From positions 768,001 through 832,000 of the forward strand of contig CAWJPJ010000007.1 of assembly GCA_963844715.1 (NCBI GenBank): DNA of 64,000 nt, read 5' to 3'. The position numbers and the translations under genes were made by a program. Shown piece by piece: positions 1 through 11,327 of the stretch (position 1 is its first letter; each line of letters opens with the position of its first letter). The notes under the pieces were generated by a model. It searched no databases and was not told the origin of the DNA. It saw only the letters and a program-made list of their open reading frames with translations. Source of the stretch: an uncultured Phycisphaerales bacterium (lineage in GTDB: Bacteria > Planctomycetota > Phycisphaerae > Tepidisphaerales > Tepidisphaeraceae).

Positions 1-315
1 GGGGAGGGGCCCGAACCATCCGATACATTCAACTTCAATTTCAACGACGTCGTCGCCATCGCCCAGCAGCTCGTCTCCTCGGGGCAAGTCTATGGCACCA
101 AGCTTTCCGGCGAAAAAGTCGCCTGCGTATTTCAGTTGGAACACAAGGAATTGGAATCCGATCGCTGGCTAAGCGTGCCCAAGGACAACACCGCCGGCCG
201 TCCGCAGGGCGTCAACCTCGCCGCACCCCAGCCGGCTCCCATCCCCAGCAGCCCCAATTCGCCGCCGCCGGCCGCCCCCCCCGAGACCGAAGGCTTCCAC
301 CCAGGGGGGTCATAA
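1..315 (+). CDS. 3' end of a hypothetical protein with a Pro-rich tail (truncated by the window edge)
   Basis: Frame 1 is open from base 1 to TAA at 313-315 (GEGPEPSDTFNFNFNDVVAIAQQLV...PPETEGFHPGGS*), with host-like C-ending codons. Confidence 0.6.
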   Translation, partial: GEGPEPSDTFNFNFNDVVAIAQQLVSSGQVYGTKLSGEKVACVFQLEHKELESDRWLSVPKDNTAGRPQGVNLAAPQPAPIPSSPNSPPPAAPPETEGFHPGGS

Positions 316-455
316 ATGCACGGCCGGCAACGGACAACCCGCGACGGGCAACAATTCAACCATTGGACTCCGGCCGTCCGATCCTTAGAATCTCCCTCCC
401 AATGCGGGCATGACGCCTGCTTCGGGTTGACTGCGGTCAAGGAGGACCGACGCCA

Positions 456-3400
456 ATGCGCTTAAAGAAACTCATCCTGCACGGGTTCAAGAGCTTTGCC
501 GACCGCACCGAGTTCGTCTTCGATTCCCCCATCACCGGAATCGTCGGCCCCAACGGGTGCGGAAAATCCAACGTCGTCGATGCCGTGAAGTGGGTCCTGG
601 GCGAACAATCCGCCAAGAGTCTGCGCGGCGACGCCATGCTCGACGTGATCTTCAACGGCTCCGGCTCGCGCAAACCCGCCGGGATGTCCGAAGTCGTCCT
701 CGTCTTCGAAAACCCGCAAAAGCCCGAGGGCGGCCGCGCCGTCAATCTCGACGCCGACGAAGTCGCTGTCGGGCGCCGCCTCTTTCGCGACGGCACCAGC
801 GAATATCAACTCAACAACACCGCCACCCGTCTGAAGGACATCCGCGAACTGTTCCTCGACACCGGCATCGGCGTCGACGCCTACAGCGTCATCGAGCAGG
901 GGCGCGTTGCCGCCATGCTCGAAGCCAATCCGGAACAGCGCCGCTTGATTTTCGAGGAAGCCGCCGGCATCTCCAAATTCAAGGCCCGCAGAAAAGAAGC
1001 CGAGCGGAAGCTCGAAAAAGTTGACGCCAATCTCGTCCGCGTCGGCGACATCGTCGACGAAACAGAAAAGCGCCTCCGCAGCGTAAAAATTCAGGCCGGC
1101 AAAGCCCGTGTCTATCAGGAACACTCCGCGCGCCTCGCGGAACTGCGCCTTAGCTATAGCCTTCACGAATATCACACTCACGCGTCGAGCCTGAAGGAAT
1201 TGCAATCTCAAAGCGAGGATGTGCGTTTCCGCCTCGATGACGTGCAGGGCGATCTCGCCCGCGCCCAGAACCAATTGGCCGAGAAAAAGGAAGCCCTCGA
1301 AGCGGTGGGGCAGGCGCGGCAGCGATTGGAATACGAGCACGTCCAGGCCCAGGCGCAAATTCAATCCGCGCGGCAGCGACAGCAATACGCACAGCAGCAG
1401 CTTGCCCAGATGTCCGAGCAATCGGTTGGCTTCGAGCAGGATAAAGCGCAAGTCGCCGCCAAGCTCAAGGAACTCATCGCCGCCCTGGAAACGGAAAACA
1501 AGAATCTCGCCGCCCTCACCTCAGAACTTGAAGAGCACCGCCGCCTGATCGACCAGCGCCAGCAATCTTTCGGCGACGCCCAACTTCAGCTCAACGCCGC
1601 CGCTTCCCAAATCGAGCAGCGCAAGACCGACATCCTCGACCTGATGCGCAAGCTCGCCACCGTCGGCAGCCGCATCGGCGCCATCGAAATCGAACGAAAG
1701 AATCTCACCGCCCAGTGCCAGCGCCTCTCCGACCGGAAATCTGAAGTTGAACCCGAATTGCAGACACTGAAAACCGCCGGCGGGGAACTCGCCGCCAGAC
1801 TTCAGCAAACCATCGCGAAAATCGGCGATCAGCAGCGGCAGCTTGAATCCCAGCGAGCCAATGCCGCCGCGCTCGGCAAGCAGATTGCCCAGGTCGGTGA
1901 ACTTCTTGGCGGCGCCAAAGAGCATCGCTCGGGCCTGATTTCCCGGCAAAATCTTCTCCGCGATCTCGAAGCACGCCGCGAAGGCGTCAGCGAAGGCGTC
2001 AAATCCGTCCTTCGCCAGCGCGACACAAAATTCCCCTTCATTCGCGGCCTGGTCGCCGACGTCATGAGCGTCGAAGTCGAACACGCTCACGTCGTCGAAG
2101 CCGCCCTCGACGGCCGCGATCAGTGGCTTCTCACCCACGACTCCGCCGCCGCTTCCGCAACCCGCGACTCCCTCGAGGAACTCGAAGGCCGAGTAAACAT
2201 CCTCTGCGCCGATCGCCTCAATCCGCACACCGATTCTTACGATTCGGCGCAACACGGCCGGTTCGTCCGACCGGTCATCGAACTGGTCCACTATCAGGCC
2301 GCCGACGAAGCCATCGTGCGCCACCTCCTCGGGCGAACCATGCTGGTCAAGGATCTCGCCGACGCCGCGGCCCTCCTCGCTTCCGCCCCGGCTGGATATC
2401 AATATGTCACCCCCGCCGGCGAAATCGTCGGCGACGGCGTCCTTCGCGCCGGCCCGCTCACCGCGGCCATGGGACTTCTCTCGCGCCGATCCGAATTGCA
2501 GGCCCTCGAGCAGCAGATCGCCGAAGTTGACGTCCGCATCGAGGAATTGAGCAAGCAGCTTGCCGAGGGCGCCAGCCAGGCTCAATCCCTCGACGAGCAG
2601 ATCAGCGCCCTTCGCACCGATCTCTATCAATCCAACACCGATAAAGTTGAAATCAGCAGCGCCGCGGCCCAGAATTCCGATCGTCAGGACGATCTTCGCC
2701 GCGAACTCTCCGTCCTCGGCCGCGAATTAGAAACCCTCGGCGCGCAGCTCGACCGCCTGGCCGCCGAGTCCAGTCAACTCGCCGCGCAAAGGCAGGATTT
2801 GGAAACCAAACAGCAGCAGGCCGGCGCCGAAGTCGAGGAACTGACCGTTCGCCAAAGCGCCATCTCCGAGGAACTCGCCCAACTTGGCGAGCAGTTAACG
2901 GCTTCCCGCATACAGCTCGGCCAGGTTCAGGAAAAGCAGCTCTCCAGCCGCCAGGCCGTCCAGCGCCAAACGTCCGAGCAGGCAGAATTGCACGAGCAGA
3001 TGGACCGCCTCGATCGTTCGGTTCAGCAGCTCACTCATCGCCAGGGGGAAGTCGAGCGCGAGCTGCAATCCGCCGCCGCCGCCGAAGCCGCCCTGGCGCG
3101 ACGCCGCCGACCATCAAACCCGCATCGAGGAACTCGGCACTCAACTCTCCGAACTGAACGCCGTCGTCGCCGAACTTTCGCGCACAGTCGAAACCGCCCG
3201 CACCAATCGCGACCAGATCGAGCGCCAGCTTCACGAACTTGAACTCAAGCTCGGCGAAGTCCGCGTCCGCGTCGAAACCCTGGCCCAGCGCACCTTGGAA
3301 GAACTCCAGCTCGATCTCCCCGCCCGCTACGCGGAACTCACAGCCGAAAAGCCCTACGAGCCGGGCGACATGGACTGGAACGCCGTCGGGGACGAGATCA

Positions 3401-4134
3401 AGGAACTTCGCGAAAAAATCCACCGCCTCGGCAACGTCAACGTCGAGGCCATCGACGAACAAAACGAACTCGAGCAGCGCAGCCAGTTCCTTTCCACGCA
3501 GGTCGCCGATCTCACCAATTCCAAAGCCCAGCTCGAGCAGCTCATCAGCGAAATCAACGTCGAAAGCGGCGTCCGATTCGAGCAGACCTTCAACGCCGTC
3601 CGCGAATATTTCCAGGGGATGTTCCGCAAACTCTTCGGCGGCGGGAAAGCCGACATCTATCTCGAAACCGAACTCGATCCCCCCAAGAACGCTCCCCCGA
3701 CCATCGGCCCCGACGGGCTCGAAATCCCGGCGCAAAAGATCAAGGTCGACATCCTCGACGCCGGCATCGAAATCATCGCCCGCCCCCCGGGCAAGCAGCC
3801 GGTGACCATTAGCCAGCTCTCGGGCGGCGAAAAAACCATGACCTGCGTCGCCCTCCTCATGAGCATCTTCAAATCCAAGCCCAGCCCGTTCTGCATCCTC
3901 GACGAAGTCGACGCCGCCCTCGACGAAGCCAACAATCAGCGTTTCAACATGATCGTCCAGGAGTTCCTCGAGCAGAGCCAGTTCATCATCATCACCCACT
4001 CGAAGCGCACCATGCAGATCGCCGACGTCCTCTACGGCGTCACCATGCAGGAGCAGGGCGTCAGCAAGCGCGTCGCCGTCAAATTCGACCAGGTCGATTC
4101 CCAGGGCCGAATCAGCGAACACGCCGCGGCTTGA
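456..4134 (+). CDS. smc: Chromosome segregation protein SMC (one apparent frameshift near 3110-3120)
   Basis: N-terminal GFKSFA and Walker A GPNGCGKSN, long coiled coils and hinge; C-terminal LSGGEK and ILDEVDAALD in ORF 3295..4134; AGGAGG RBS. Confidence 0.95.
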
Positions 4135-4157
4135 CGCGTCCCTTCGAGGCCGCCGAT

Positions 4158-4547
4158 TCAAATTTTCGTCGAGTATTCGGACCACTGCTGCCCCGGACCG
4201 TCCAGCAAAAGCGAAAAGTGGTTTAGCACATCCCGACCGAGAATACCTTGTTCGGCATCCATCAGCAGGTAACGTCCTCGGAATGTGCGGTCCAGTAAGG
4301 TCAACTCCAAGATCACGGATTCCGCCGCTGACTTCGTGCCGTCGAATCCCACCAGTTCATATGTTTCGCCCGCGACCATCGGAACACCCAAAGTCTCCAC
4401 CGCTCGTCGCGGCAGCAGCGTCACGTCGGCGCCACTGTCAATTAGCATTACAACGTTTGGAACGTTAGACGTGTTTGCCAGATCTCGTAATACAACCACG
4501 GCGACCGGCGCGGGCGGATTGAAATCCAACCCGTCATACCTTGGCAT
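4158..4547 (-). CDS. Retropepsin-like single-domain aspartic protease
   Basis: LIDSGADVTLLP catalytic motif and ILGRDVL motif; 129 aa. Confidence 0.8.
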   Translation of the reverse strand: MPRYDGLDFNPPAPVAVVVLRDLANTSNVPNVVMLIDSGADVTLLPRRAVETLGVPMVAGETYELVGFDGTKSAAESVILELTLLDRTFRGRYLLMDAEQGILGRDVLNHFSLLLDGPGQQWSEYSTKI

Positions 4548-4776
4548 GGCCCGCGCCCTCGATCACTTCTTTTGCAAAATCCCCGGCTTGTGCCGGATTC
4601 GACAAGCGGGGGGTCCGGATGCTGGACGGCCCGGCGTTGCTGGCGACCGTCTCGGCAGCGGCTAGTTTTTCCTCGATCGCTTCCCGCACAAATGTCGCCA
4701 CATCCTTCCCCGCGCTGGCTGCTTGCTGGCGAAGTCGCTTCTCCGCATCGTTTGGCAAATTGAGGTTCAGCATCAT
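4534..4776 (-). CDS. Small ribbon-helix-helix-like, antitoxin-like protein
   Basis: LNLNLPNDAEKRLRQQAASAGKDVATFVREAIEEKL strand-helix-helix pattern; overlaps the protease start by 14 nt. Confidence 0.65.
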   Translation of the reverse strand: MMLNLNLPNDAEKRLRQQAASAGKDVATFVREAIEEKLAAAETVASNAGPSSIRTPRLSNPAQAGDFAKEVIEGAGHAKV

Positions 4777-4854
4777 GGGTTATTGCTCCAACTCCATTTT
4801 AACACGCAATCGACATTGCCGCACGCGCTATAACCTGCCTAAAGTCTCTTCGTC

Positions 4855-5454
4855 ATGAGAGCCATTTTCATTCTCGTCGTCCTGGCGGCCTGTCTGCTCG
4901 CCGCCCCGGAGACCCAGCCATCCCCAAGCACCCAGCCCACCACACAGGAGTCACAGATGAAAACCGAAACCGCCACCTTCGCCGCCGGCTGCTTTTGGGG
5001 CGTGCAATCCACCTTCGAGAAAATCCCCGGCGTCATCAGCACGCGCGTAGGCTACACCGGCGGCAAAACCTCCGACCCGACCTATGAAGACGTCTGCACC
5101 GACACCACCGGCCACGCCGAGGCCATCGAGATTGTCTTCGACCCCAGCAAAGTCAGCTATCAAACTCTTCTCAATACCTTCTTCGAAAACCACGATCCCA
5201 CCACGATGAATCGCCAGGGCCCCGATGTCGGCATCCAATACCGCAGCGCGATCTTCTATCATTCGCCCGAGCAGGAGAAACTCGCCGAAGCCAAAAAAGA
5301 ACGCCGCGATGAATCAGGCGATTACACCGCCCCCCTCGTCACCCAGATCGTCCCCGCCGGCACGTTCTGGCCCGCCGAGGAATATCATCAGTTTTATTAC
5401 GACAAGCACGGAATGACCTATACCTGCCATTTCGGAAACGGGAAAAAGAACTAA
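4855..5454 (+). CDS. msrA: Peptide-methionine (S)-S-oxide reductase MsrA with an N-terminal signal peptide
   Basis: GCFWG, GYTGG, GHAE, RQGPDVGxQYRS and AEEYHQ motifs; hydrophobic N-terminus. Confidence 0.95.
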   Translation: MRAIFILVVLAACLLAAPETQPSPSTQPTTQESQMKTETATFAAGCFWGVQSTFEKIPGVISTRVGYTGGKTSDPTYEDVCTDTTGHAEAIEIVFDPSKVSYQTLLNTFFENHDPTTMNRQGPDVGIQYRSAIFYHSPEQEKLAEAKKERRDESGDYTAPLVTQIVPAGTFWPAEEYHQFYYDKHGMTYTCHFGNGKKN

Positions 5455-5484
5455 CCCTCGACGCTGGCGTGACAGGGAGTGAGC

Positions 5485-5718
5485 CTAAGCCCGCGCCAAG
5501 TCCCGCGCGTGGGTGATTTCGCGGGAGCTGACCGGGCGGATTTGCGCAAGAGAGAGCGTAACAACGGCCGCGGTGCGGCCGTCAAGGGTCAGGAACTCAA
5601 CTTCGCAACCCGTGCCGTCTTTATAGAGGTGTACGACCGTCCCTACATCCCCCGTTCGAAGAGACTCAGCGGGGACATCCGTTGTCAAAACCACTCGGTC
5701 GTGTTCTTTGATCACCAT
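5485..5718 (-). CDS. DUF4926-like small protein
   Basis: IKEHDRVVLTTDVP..L..GDVGTVV...EVEF pattern. Confidence 0.7.
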   Translation of the reverse strand: MVIKEHDRVVLTTDVPAESLRTGDVGTVVHLYKDGTGCEVEFLTLDGRTAAVVTLSLAQIRPVSSREITHARDLARA

Positions 5719-5754
5719 GTTACCGTTAGGTGCGACACGGACCGGACGCCTCCA

Positions 5755-6048
5755 TTATGCCGCGGTCTTTCTCGACTTGCCGGCTCGCACTGGCGCTCGA
5801 TGCCGCTGCTTTTGCCCGCGCCGAACCCCCGCTACCCCAGTGGCAACAATGTTGTCCAAAACGATCTGCGGCAACTTCCCCTTGCCGATTGTCTTGCGGG
5901 CATCGAGAATCTCGATTCCGACCAATTTCTCGCCCGCCCCGAAATCCAGCGCAATTTCGTCGTTAAGGCAAACCGTGCGGCACTGATGCTTGCCTTCGAT
6001 CAATTGAATATACATCGCGTCCACTTCGGCGTCGTATGTAATTTTCAT
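5755..6048 (-). CDS. DUF2283-family putative antitoxin
   Basis: MKITYDAEVDAMYI...LVGIEILDA. Confidence 0.8.
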   Translation of the reverse strand: MKITYDAEVDAMYIQLIEGKHQCRTVCLNDEIALDFGAGEKLVGIEILDARKTIGKGKLPQIVLDNIVATGVAGVRRGQKQRHRAPVRAGKSRKTAA

Positions 6049-6059
6049 CGGATATCCTG

Positions 6060-6316
6060 CTAGAAAAAGAACGTATACACGGTCACCACAACTGTCTCAC
6101 CCGGCCCGTCGATAATCACCGGCGCAACTTGCTTGATATTATAGCGGCGCCCGCGCCACACGCCATGAAATTGAATGTTAAGGCGGCAAAGAACCCTCCC
6201 ATGCTTCGCTGGTTCGCGAATGCCCAGCATAACCCCGTCCGTCGTACCTCCTCCTCGGTCGTGCCACGCTCCTCCAAGCGGGCACGCGCATGGTTGCTCA
6301 GGCGTATCGGTTTCAA
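6060..6316 (-). CDS. DUF4258-like putative toxin (frameshift near 6240)
   Basis: IRLSNHARARLEERGTTEEEV N-terminus; VVVTVYTFFF C-terminus in another frame; directly upstream of DUF2283. Confidence 0.65.
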
Positions 6317-6386
6317 CGCTTCGCCTCCTCAATGGTACGGATGGCCGATCTTAAGCAGGCGGCTTCCGCCGTACCAACAATCGGTC

Positions 6387-7711
6387 CTATTCCCCCTCCG
6401 GCTTCGCATCCACCAGCGACCCAAACTTCCGCACCTGCGGCCAAATCCCCGCCGTCGCCAGCACCACCACGATCGTCCCGATTCCCCCCGCGACCACGCT
6501 CGTCACCGTCCCGAATAGTTTCGCCGTCAGCCCGCTTTCAAACCCGCCTAGCTCGTTGCTCGCCCCGATAAAAATGTTGTTCACGGCCGAGACGCGCCCG
6601 CGCATCGAATCCGGCGTCAGCACCTGCACCAGCGTATGCCGCACCAGCACCGAAATGTTGTCCAGCGCCCCGGTCAGAAAAAGCATCGCCAGCGAAAGCC
6701 AGTAACTGCGCGAGAGACCGAACACGATCGTCGCCGCGCCGAACCCTCCGACCGCCCACAGCATCGCCCGCCCGGCCCGCTTCATCGGCGGCAAATGCGC
6801 GATCACCAATCCCATCAAAAGCGCCCCAATCGCCGGCACCGCCCTCATCCAGCCAAATCCCACCGCCCCCACATGCAAAATGTCCTTGGCATAAATCGGA
6901 AGCAAATACGTCGCTCCCCCCAGCAAAACCGCGAAAAGATCCAGCGTGATCGTCGCCAGAATAATTTTCGTCCGGAAGACGAACCGCACGCCCGCCGCCA
7001 GGCTCTTCAGCGTCGCCGGCTCGCGCGCCGGCGCTTGCCCGCGCATGCGCACGCTCCCCAGCGACACGGCGAAAATCGCCGCGAAAATCGCCGATACGAT
7101 GTAAGCCGCCGGAACATTGAACCGCACGATCAATCCCCCCAGCACGGGCCGGCGGTTGCCGACGTTTGAAACGCCATGCTGTTCCAATTCACCGCGTTGG
7201 CGAAATCCCGCGGCTCAACCAGGCTCGGCAGCAGCGCCGACCGCGCCGGCCAACCCAGCGCTTTGCAGACCGCCGCCACCAGCAGCACGGCGTACATCGC
7301 CCCGATCGCCCCGCGGTGATACGAAATCCACGCCAGGAAAAGCACGCACCCCCCGCGCAGCAGTTGCGACACCAGCACGATTTTTCGCCGGTCCACTCGG
7401 TCCGCCAGATGCCCCGCTGGAAGAGCCAGCAGGATGATCGGCGCCGCCGAAACCAATCCCACCCACCCGAGCGAAAGCGCATCATGCGTTCGCGAGTAAA
7501 TATCCCATCCGACGGCGACCTCGAGAATCTGATCGCCCACCACCGCGACAATCCACCCCGCGAGATACATGCAAAACGCCGTGTAGCGCAGCGCCGCGTA
7601 TGGATCGCGCGCTTCAGGCGCCGGGCTTTCCAATTCCGCCGCCCCGGACGCCGGCCGTTCCGGATCGGGCCGCTCATAAATTCGGTCGGGTGGTTTCGTC
7701 GGTTCGGACAT
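6387..7711 (-). CDS. MFS transporter, EntS/DHA3-like (frameshift near 7180)
   Basis: GHLADRVDRRK motif A, multiple TM segments, MRGRVSAVN; split over two ORFs. Confidence 0.9.
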
Positions 7712-7719
7712 ACGTCTCG

Positions 7720-8864
7720 TTACGCCTGACCCAGCGCCAGCCCCAGCGCTCGACGAAAAAGAATTCCCCCCACATGACGCTCTCATCCACTCCGAGTCCC
7801 TTGTGAATGTGATACACCCCGCGTTTGAGAATCCCCTCCCACTCCGATCCTTCCTCCGCCAGATAGGGAGATTGCGAAAGCGTCGTCACGGCATTGACCG
7901 CCGCCTGCCGGTAAAGTTTGGCTCGCGCCGGATCGGTCGTCAGTCGCGCCAAATGGAATAACCCGCACGCCCCAATCGCCGCCGCCGAGCTGTCCGGTTG
8001 CTTGCGCGATAATTTCCCCTCCATCGGCGCATCGTAGTCCCAGGGGGGCACGCCATCGGCCGGCGTCTTTTCAAGGTAATACTGCGCGTTCAATTCCGCC
8101 GTCTGCAAAAATCGCGCATCCCGGGTCAGCTCATAACACATCGCAAATCCATACATCGACCACGTCAATCCGCGGCTCCAGGCGCTATCCCCGCGAAATC
8201 CCTGATGGGTTGTCTGCCGCAGAAACTCGCCGCTTTGTGTATCGAATATCCCCTCGTGCGCCGTGCTCCCGTCCCCGCGCACCAGTGTCCGCCGCGTCGT
8301 CAGACAATGCTCCATCGCAATATTTAGCAGCCCTCGATTCCCTGTGATCTGGGCCGCATAAAAAATCAACGGCACATTCATCATGATGTCAATAAAGAGA
8401 GACTCATCACTGATGAACGACCTTAGATATTTCCCCTTCTCCTTAAATCGCATCGCCAGAACCTGCCCGGCTCGCACCACAACCTCTTGCAGCGCCGCAT
8501 CCGGCTTCCCCTGGCGCACTGTCGCGTCATACCACCGTTTGTAAGTCCCGTGATAAAAAATGAACCCCAAATCATGTACCTCCCGGTCTTCTTTCCGGTG
8601 CTTCAATTGGGATGAGTATTTTTCCGCCGCCGCCCGCCAGTACGACGGATCGTCCGCCATACCCGTTTCGAGGAATATCCACATCATTCCCGGCAAAAAC
8701 CCATCGCACCAGTGCGTCCATGCCGGTTTGTCGTGCTTCCAACGGCCCTGGTCGGTATATAGCGGGTAAAAGCCGGGATATTTCTCGATTAATCGGCGCA
8801 CTTGCATTTGCGCCACGTCAAGAGCGTGCTTCCAGCGCGCGTCCGTTCCATTGGCTGGGGACAA
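7720..8864 (-). CDS. Glycoside hydrolase family 88 (unsaturated glucuronyl hydrolase-like); TTG start inferred, frameshift near 7750
   Basis: WCDGFLPG, HDLGF, IDIMMN, HQG..DSAWSRG, PDSSAAAI and WGEFFF motifs. Confidence 0.85.
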
Positions 8865-9006
8865 TTCTGACCCTTTCGATAATTTTGCGAAGTGTAGCGA
8901 TCCTTCCCTCGGCTCGCCACGATCCGGTTTTCGGTTGATTTGGCCCCTCGTTATAGGATAATTACGTCTGAATCGGTGCTGGAGGGCGCGGGATTGGAGT
9001 TGGGCA

Positions 9007-9605
9007 TGGAATCTTCGGGCGCTTTGGGCAACCTCATCAACGCGATCACCGTGCGATGGAGAGCCATCTCCGATCGCTGCAACGACCCCGATCACAATTG
9101 CGCCCTCCCCTGCGATCTGGAATCTCTGATCCAGGCCATCGGTTCCCATCCCCCCGCGCTCGGCCGCCGCGATTCATCCCGCCCGCGCCGCGAGGTCGGC
9201 CTTCGCCGCCTGCTCGATGAATTTGCCCTGTTCCGATCGGTCGTCCTCGAGGAAGCATCGCATCACCTCTCGCGTGCATTAGCGCTCAATGAATCAGTCC
9301 GGTTGAATGGTGCGATAGATCTCCTCGCCGCCGATGCCGTCGAACAGGAGGTCTCCGGACATTACCGCGGAATCGAACAGGCCGTGGACGGACAAAACAC
9401 CTTCCTCCAACGCCTCTCTCACGATGTCCGCGGCCAGCTCAACGCCGTATTGCTGACGATCCAGCTTCTCGAACGGCAACTGGCCGGAAATAACGATCGC
9501 GTCGATTCCGTGAAGGAATTCGCGCAACTTCGCAGAACCATCCTGGCGACCATTCAGCAAATCGATCATCCCGCCTCCGCGCCGCCCGCTCTGCAAAACA
9601 GATGA
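9007..9605 (+). CDS. RsbRD_N-like helical domain plus HisKA (DHp) domain, lacking an ATPase domain
   Basis: LLDEFALFRSVVLE helical segment followed by the H-box FLQRLSHDVRGQLNAV; stop follows soon after. Confidence 0.6.
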
Positions 9606-9661
9606 GGCGATTGTAGCAAAGCCATTGATTAGTTCGGCCTCGTATGTGTAATGTGCACGAC

Positions 9662-10574
9662 ATGACCGAAGCCAATTCGCAGTTTCAAGACTTGAACAAA
9701 CAATTTGGAGTCCCCGGCGTCGTGCAGTTCGAGGCCGGCCGGGCCTCCCTCCCGCGCGTCGCCATCACCTGTGAATTGGCCTCCGCCGAAGTTTATCTCC
9801 ACGGCGCCCACGTTACCCAGTTCCAGCCGCGCGGCTGCGCCCCTCCTCTTTCTCAGCAAATCCAGTTGGTTTGATCCCGCCAAGCCCATCCGCGGCGGCG
9901 TGCCCCTGGTCTTCCCTTGGTTCGGCCCACGAGCCGGCCACCCCGAATCCCCCGCCCACGGATTCGCGCGAATCCGCCCCTGGCGCGTCGAATCGTGCGA
10001 TGTTCGCGCCGACGGCTCCGTCCGTCTCGTCCTTACCCTTTCCAGCGACGACCAGTCTCTTCATCACTGGCCGCACTCGTTTGCCCTGCGCCTCATCGTC
10101 ATCGTCTCCCGATCTCTCGATATCACACTGGAAGTGCGCAATCTCTCGCAGCAATCCGTAGATTTCGAAGAAGCCCTGCACACCTATCTGCGCGTCGGCG
10201 ACGTCCGCCAGGCCTACGTCGAAGGGCTCGACGGACTGGATTACGTGGACAAGGTCGATGCCGCGAAGCGCAAAACGCAGCCCCAGATGCCCATCCGGTT
10301 CACTGGCGAAACCGATCGCGTTTATCTCAAAGCCACCAAGTCCTGCGTCGTTCACGACCCCGTCCTCAAACGCATCGTCACCGTCGAGAAGGAAGGGTCC
10401 AACGCCACCGTGGTCTGGAACCCCTGGATCGCCAAGGCCAAGGCCATGCCCGATTTCGGCGACGACGAATGGCCCGAGATGCTCTGCATCGAGGCCGCAA
10501 ACGCCATGGATTGTGCGGTGAAGCTTCCCGCCAATGCCACCCATCGAATGGGAACGCGGCTATCGATTCTTTAG
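9662..10574 (+). CDS. D-hexose-6-phosphate mutarotase / aldose 1-epimerase family (frameshift near 9835)
   Basis: IRGGVPLVFPWFG, HGFAR, ALHTY, TVVWNPW and MLCIE motifs. Confidence 0.9.
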
Positions 10575-10587
10575 GGGGCGGGTTCTA

Positions 10588-11010
10588 TCAAACGAATTGG
10601 CCGATCCACGCGATGTGCTTCGCCAGCGGACTCCCCGCCAACGCGTTGACCAAGCGCCGGTCGCCGCTGATCATTACCGTTTTATCCCTCATCGCCAGCG
10701 CCAGATAGAGACAATCATAAACACTCCGGTTCGTTTCGATCGCCAACCGCAGCGCGAGTTCCACAAGCTCCGCGGACGGCGCTATCCGCAGCGGAAGGAT
10801 AAGAAAGTCATCGAGCAACTGCTGAGCATCGGCAGCATCGATCTCTTTTCGCCGCCATCGCTTCCAGATCACGTTGGCCAGTTCGCCGTAAATCAGGTCC
10901 GGGGCCAGGAACGTATCGCCGCTGCTCAGGAGCTTCCGCGCCGGCTCGGCATGGGGCTCGGGAAAGAACGCGGCCGCCACAACGCTGGCGTCGATCACCC
11001 GCGAATTCAT
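10588..11010 (-). CDS. VapC/FitB-type PIN-domain toxin
   Basis: VIDASV, ELAN, YDCLYLALA and SGDRRL acidic PIN motifs. Confidence 0.9.
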   Translation of the reverse strand: MNSRVIDASVVAAAFFPEPHAEPARKLLSSGDTFLAPDLIYGELANVIWKRWRRKEIDAADAQQLLDDFLILPLRIAPSAELVELALRLAIETNRSVYDCLYLALAMRDKTVMISGDRRLVNALAGSPLAKHIAWIGQFV

Positions 11011-11231
11011 CGGGTTCGGTCCTCGCGGATTAAATCTGCGCTGGACTTGAAGCGCCGCTTGTCGAACCGTTCCTTCCAACGATCCAGCACGGCCCGAACA
11101 TCCTCCGACCCCGCTGATCGCTCCAAAAGCAGTTTGGCCTCGCTCTGCAGCGATCGGCCGTTACGCTTGGCCCGATCCTTCAATCGTTTAATCGTCTTAG
11201 CCTTAAGGCCGCGTACAAAAATGCCCGGCAT
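11007..11231 (-). CDS. FitA/Arc-like RHH antitoxin
   Basis: IFVRGL...RLKDRAKRNGRSLQSE; 4-nt ATGA overlap with the PIN gene. Confidence 0.85.
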   Translation of the reverse strand: MPGIFVRGLKAKTIKRLKDRAKRNGRSLQSEAKLLLERSAGSEDVRAVLDRWKERFDKRRFKSSADLIREDRTR

Positions 11232-11255
11232 GGGTCACCTGCTTCCTATACCCGG

Positions 11256-11278
11256 AATATGATATCATATTGCTAGCA
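11256..11278. promoter_or_regulatory. Probable autorepression operator of the FitAB-like pair
   Basis: Perfect 16-bp palindrome AATATGATATCATATT (11256-11271) plus TGCTAGCA (11271-11278), just upstream of the antitoxin start. Confidence 0.6.
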
Positions 11279-11327
11279 TAGTATCTAAATCGGTAGGTTG
11301 CTCTTACGAATTGAGGTCGGTCAGCTT

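Noticed and set aside
3100..3300. Programmed frameshift or naturally split smc
   Set aside because: No slippery heptamer seen; it fits the window-wide indel error pattern
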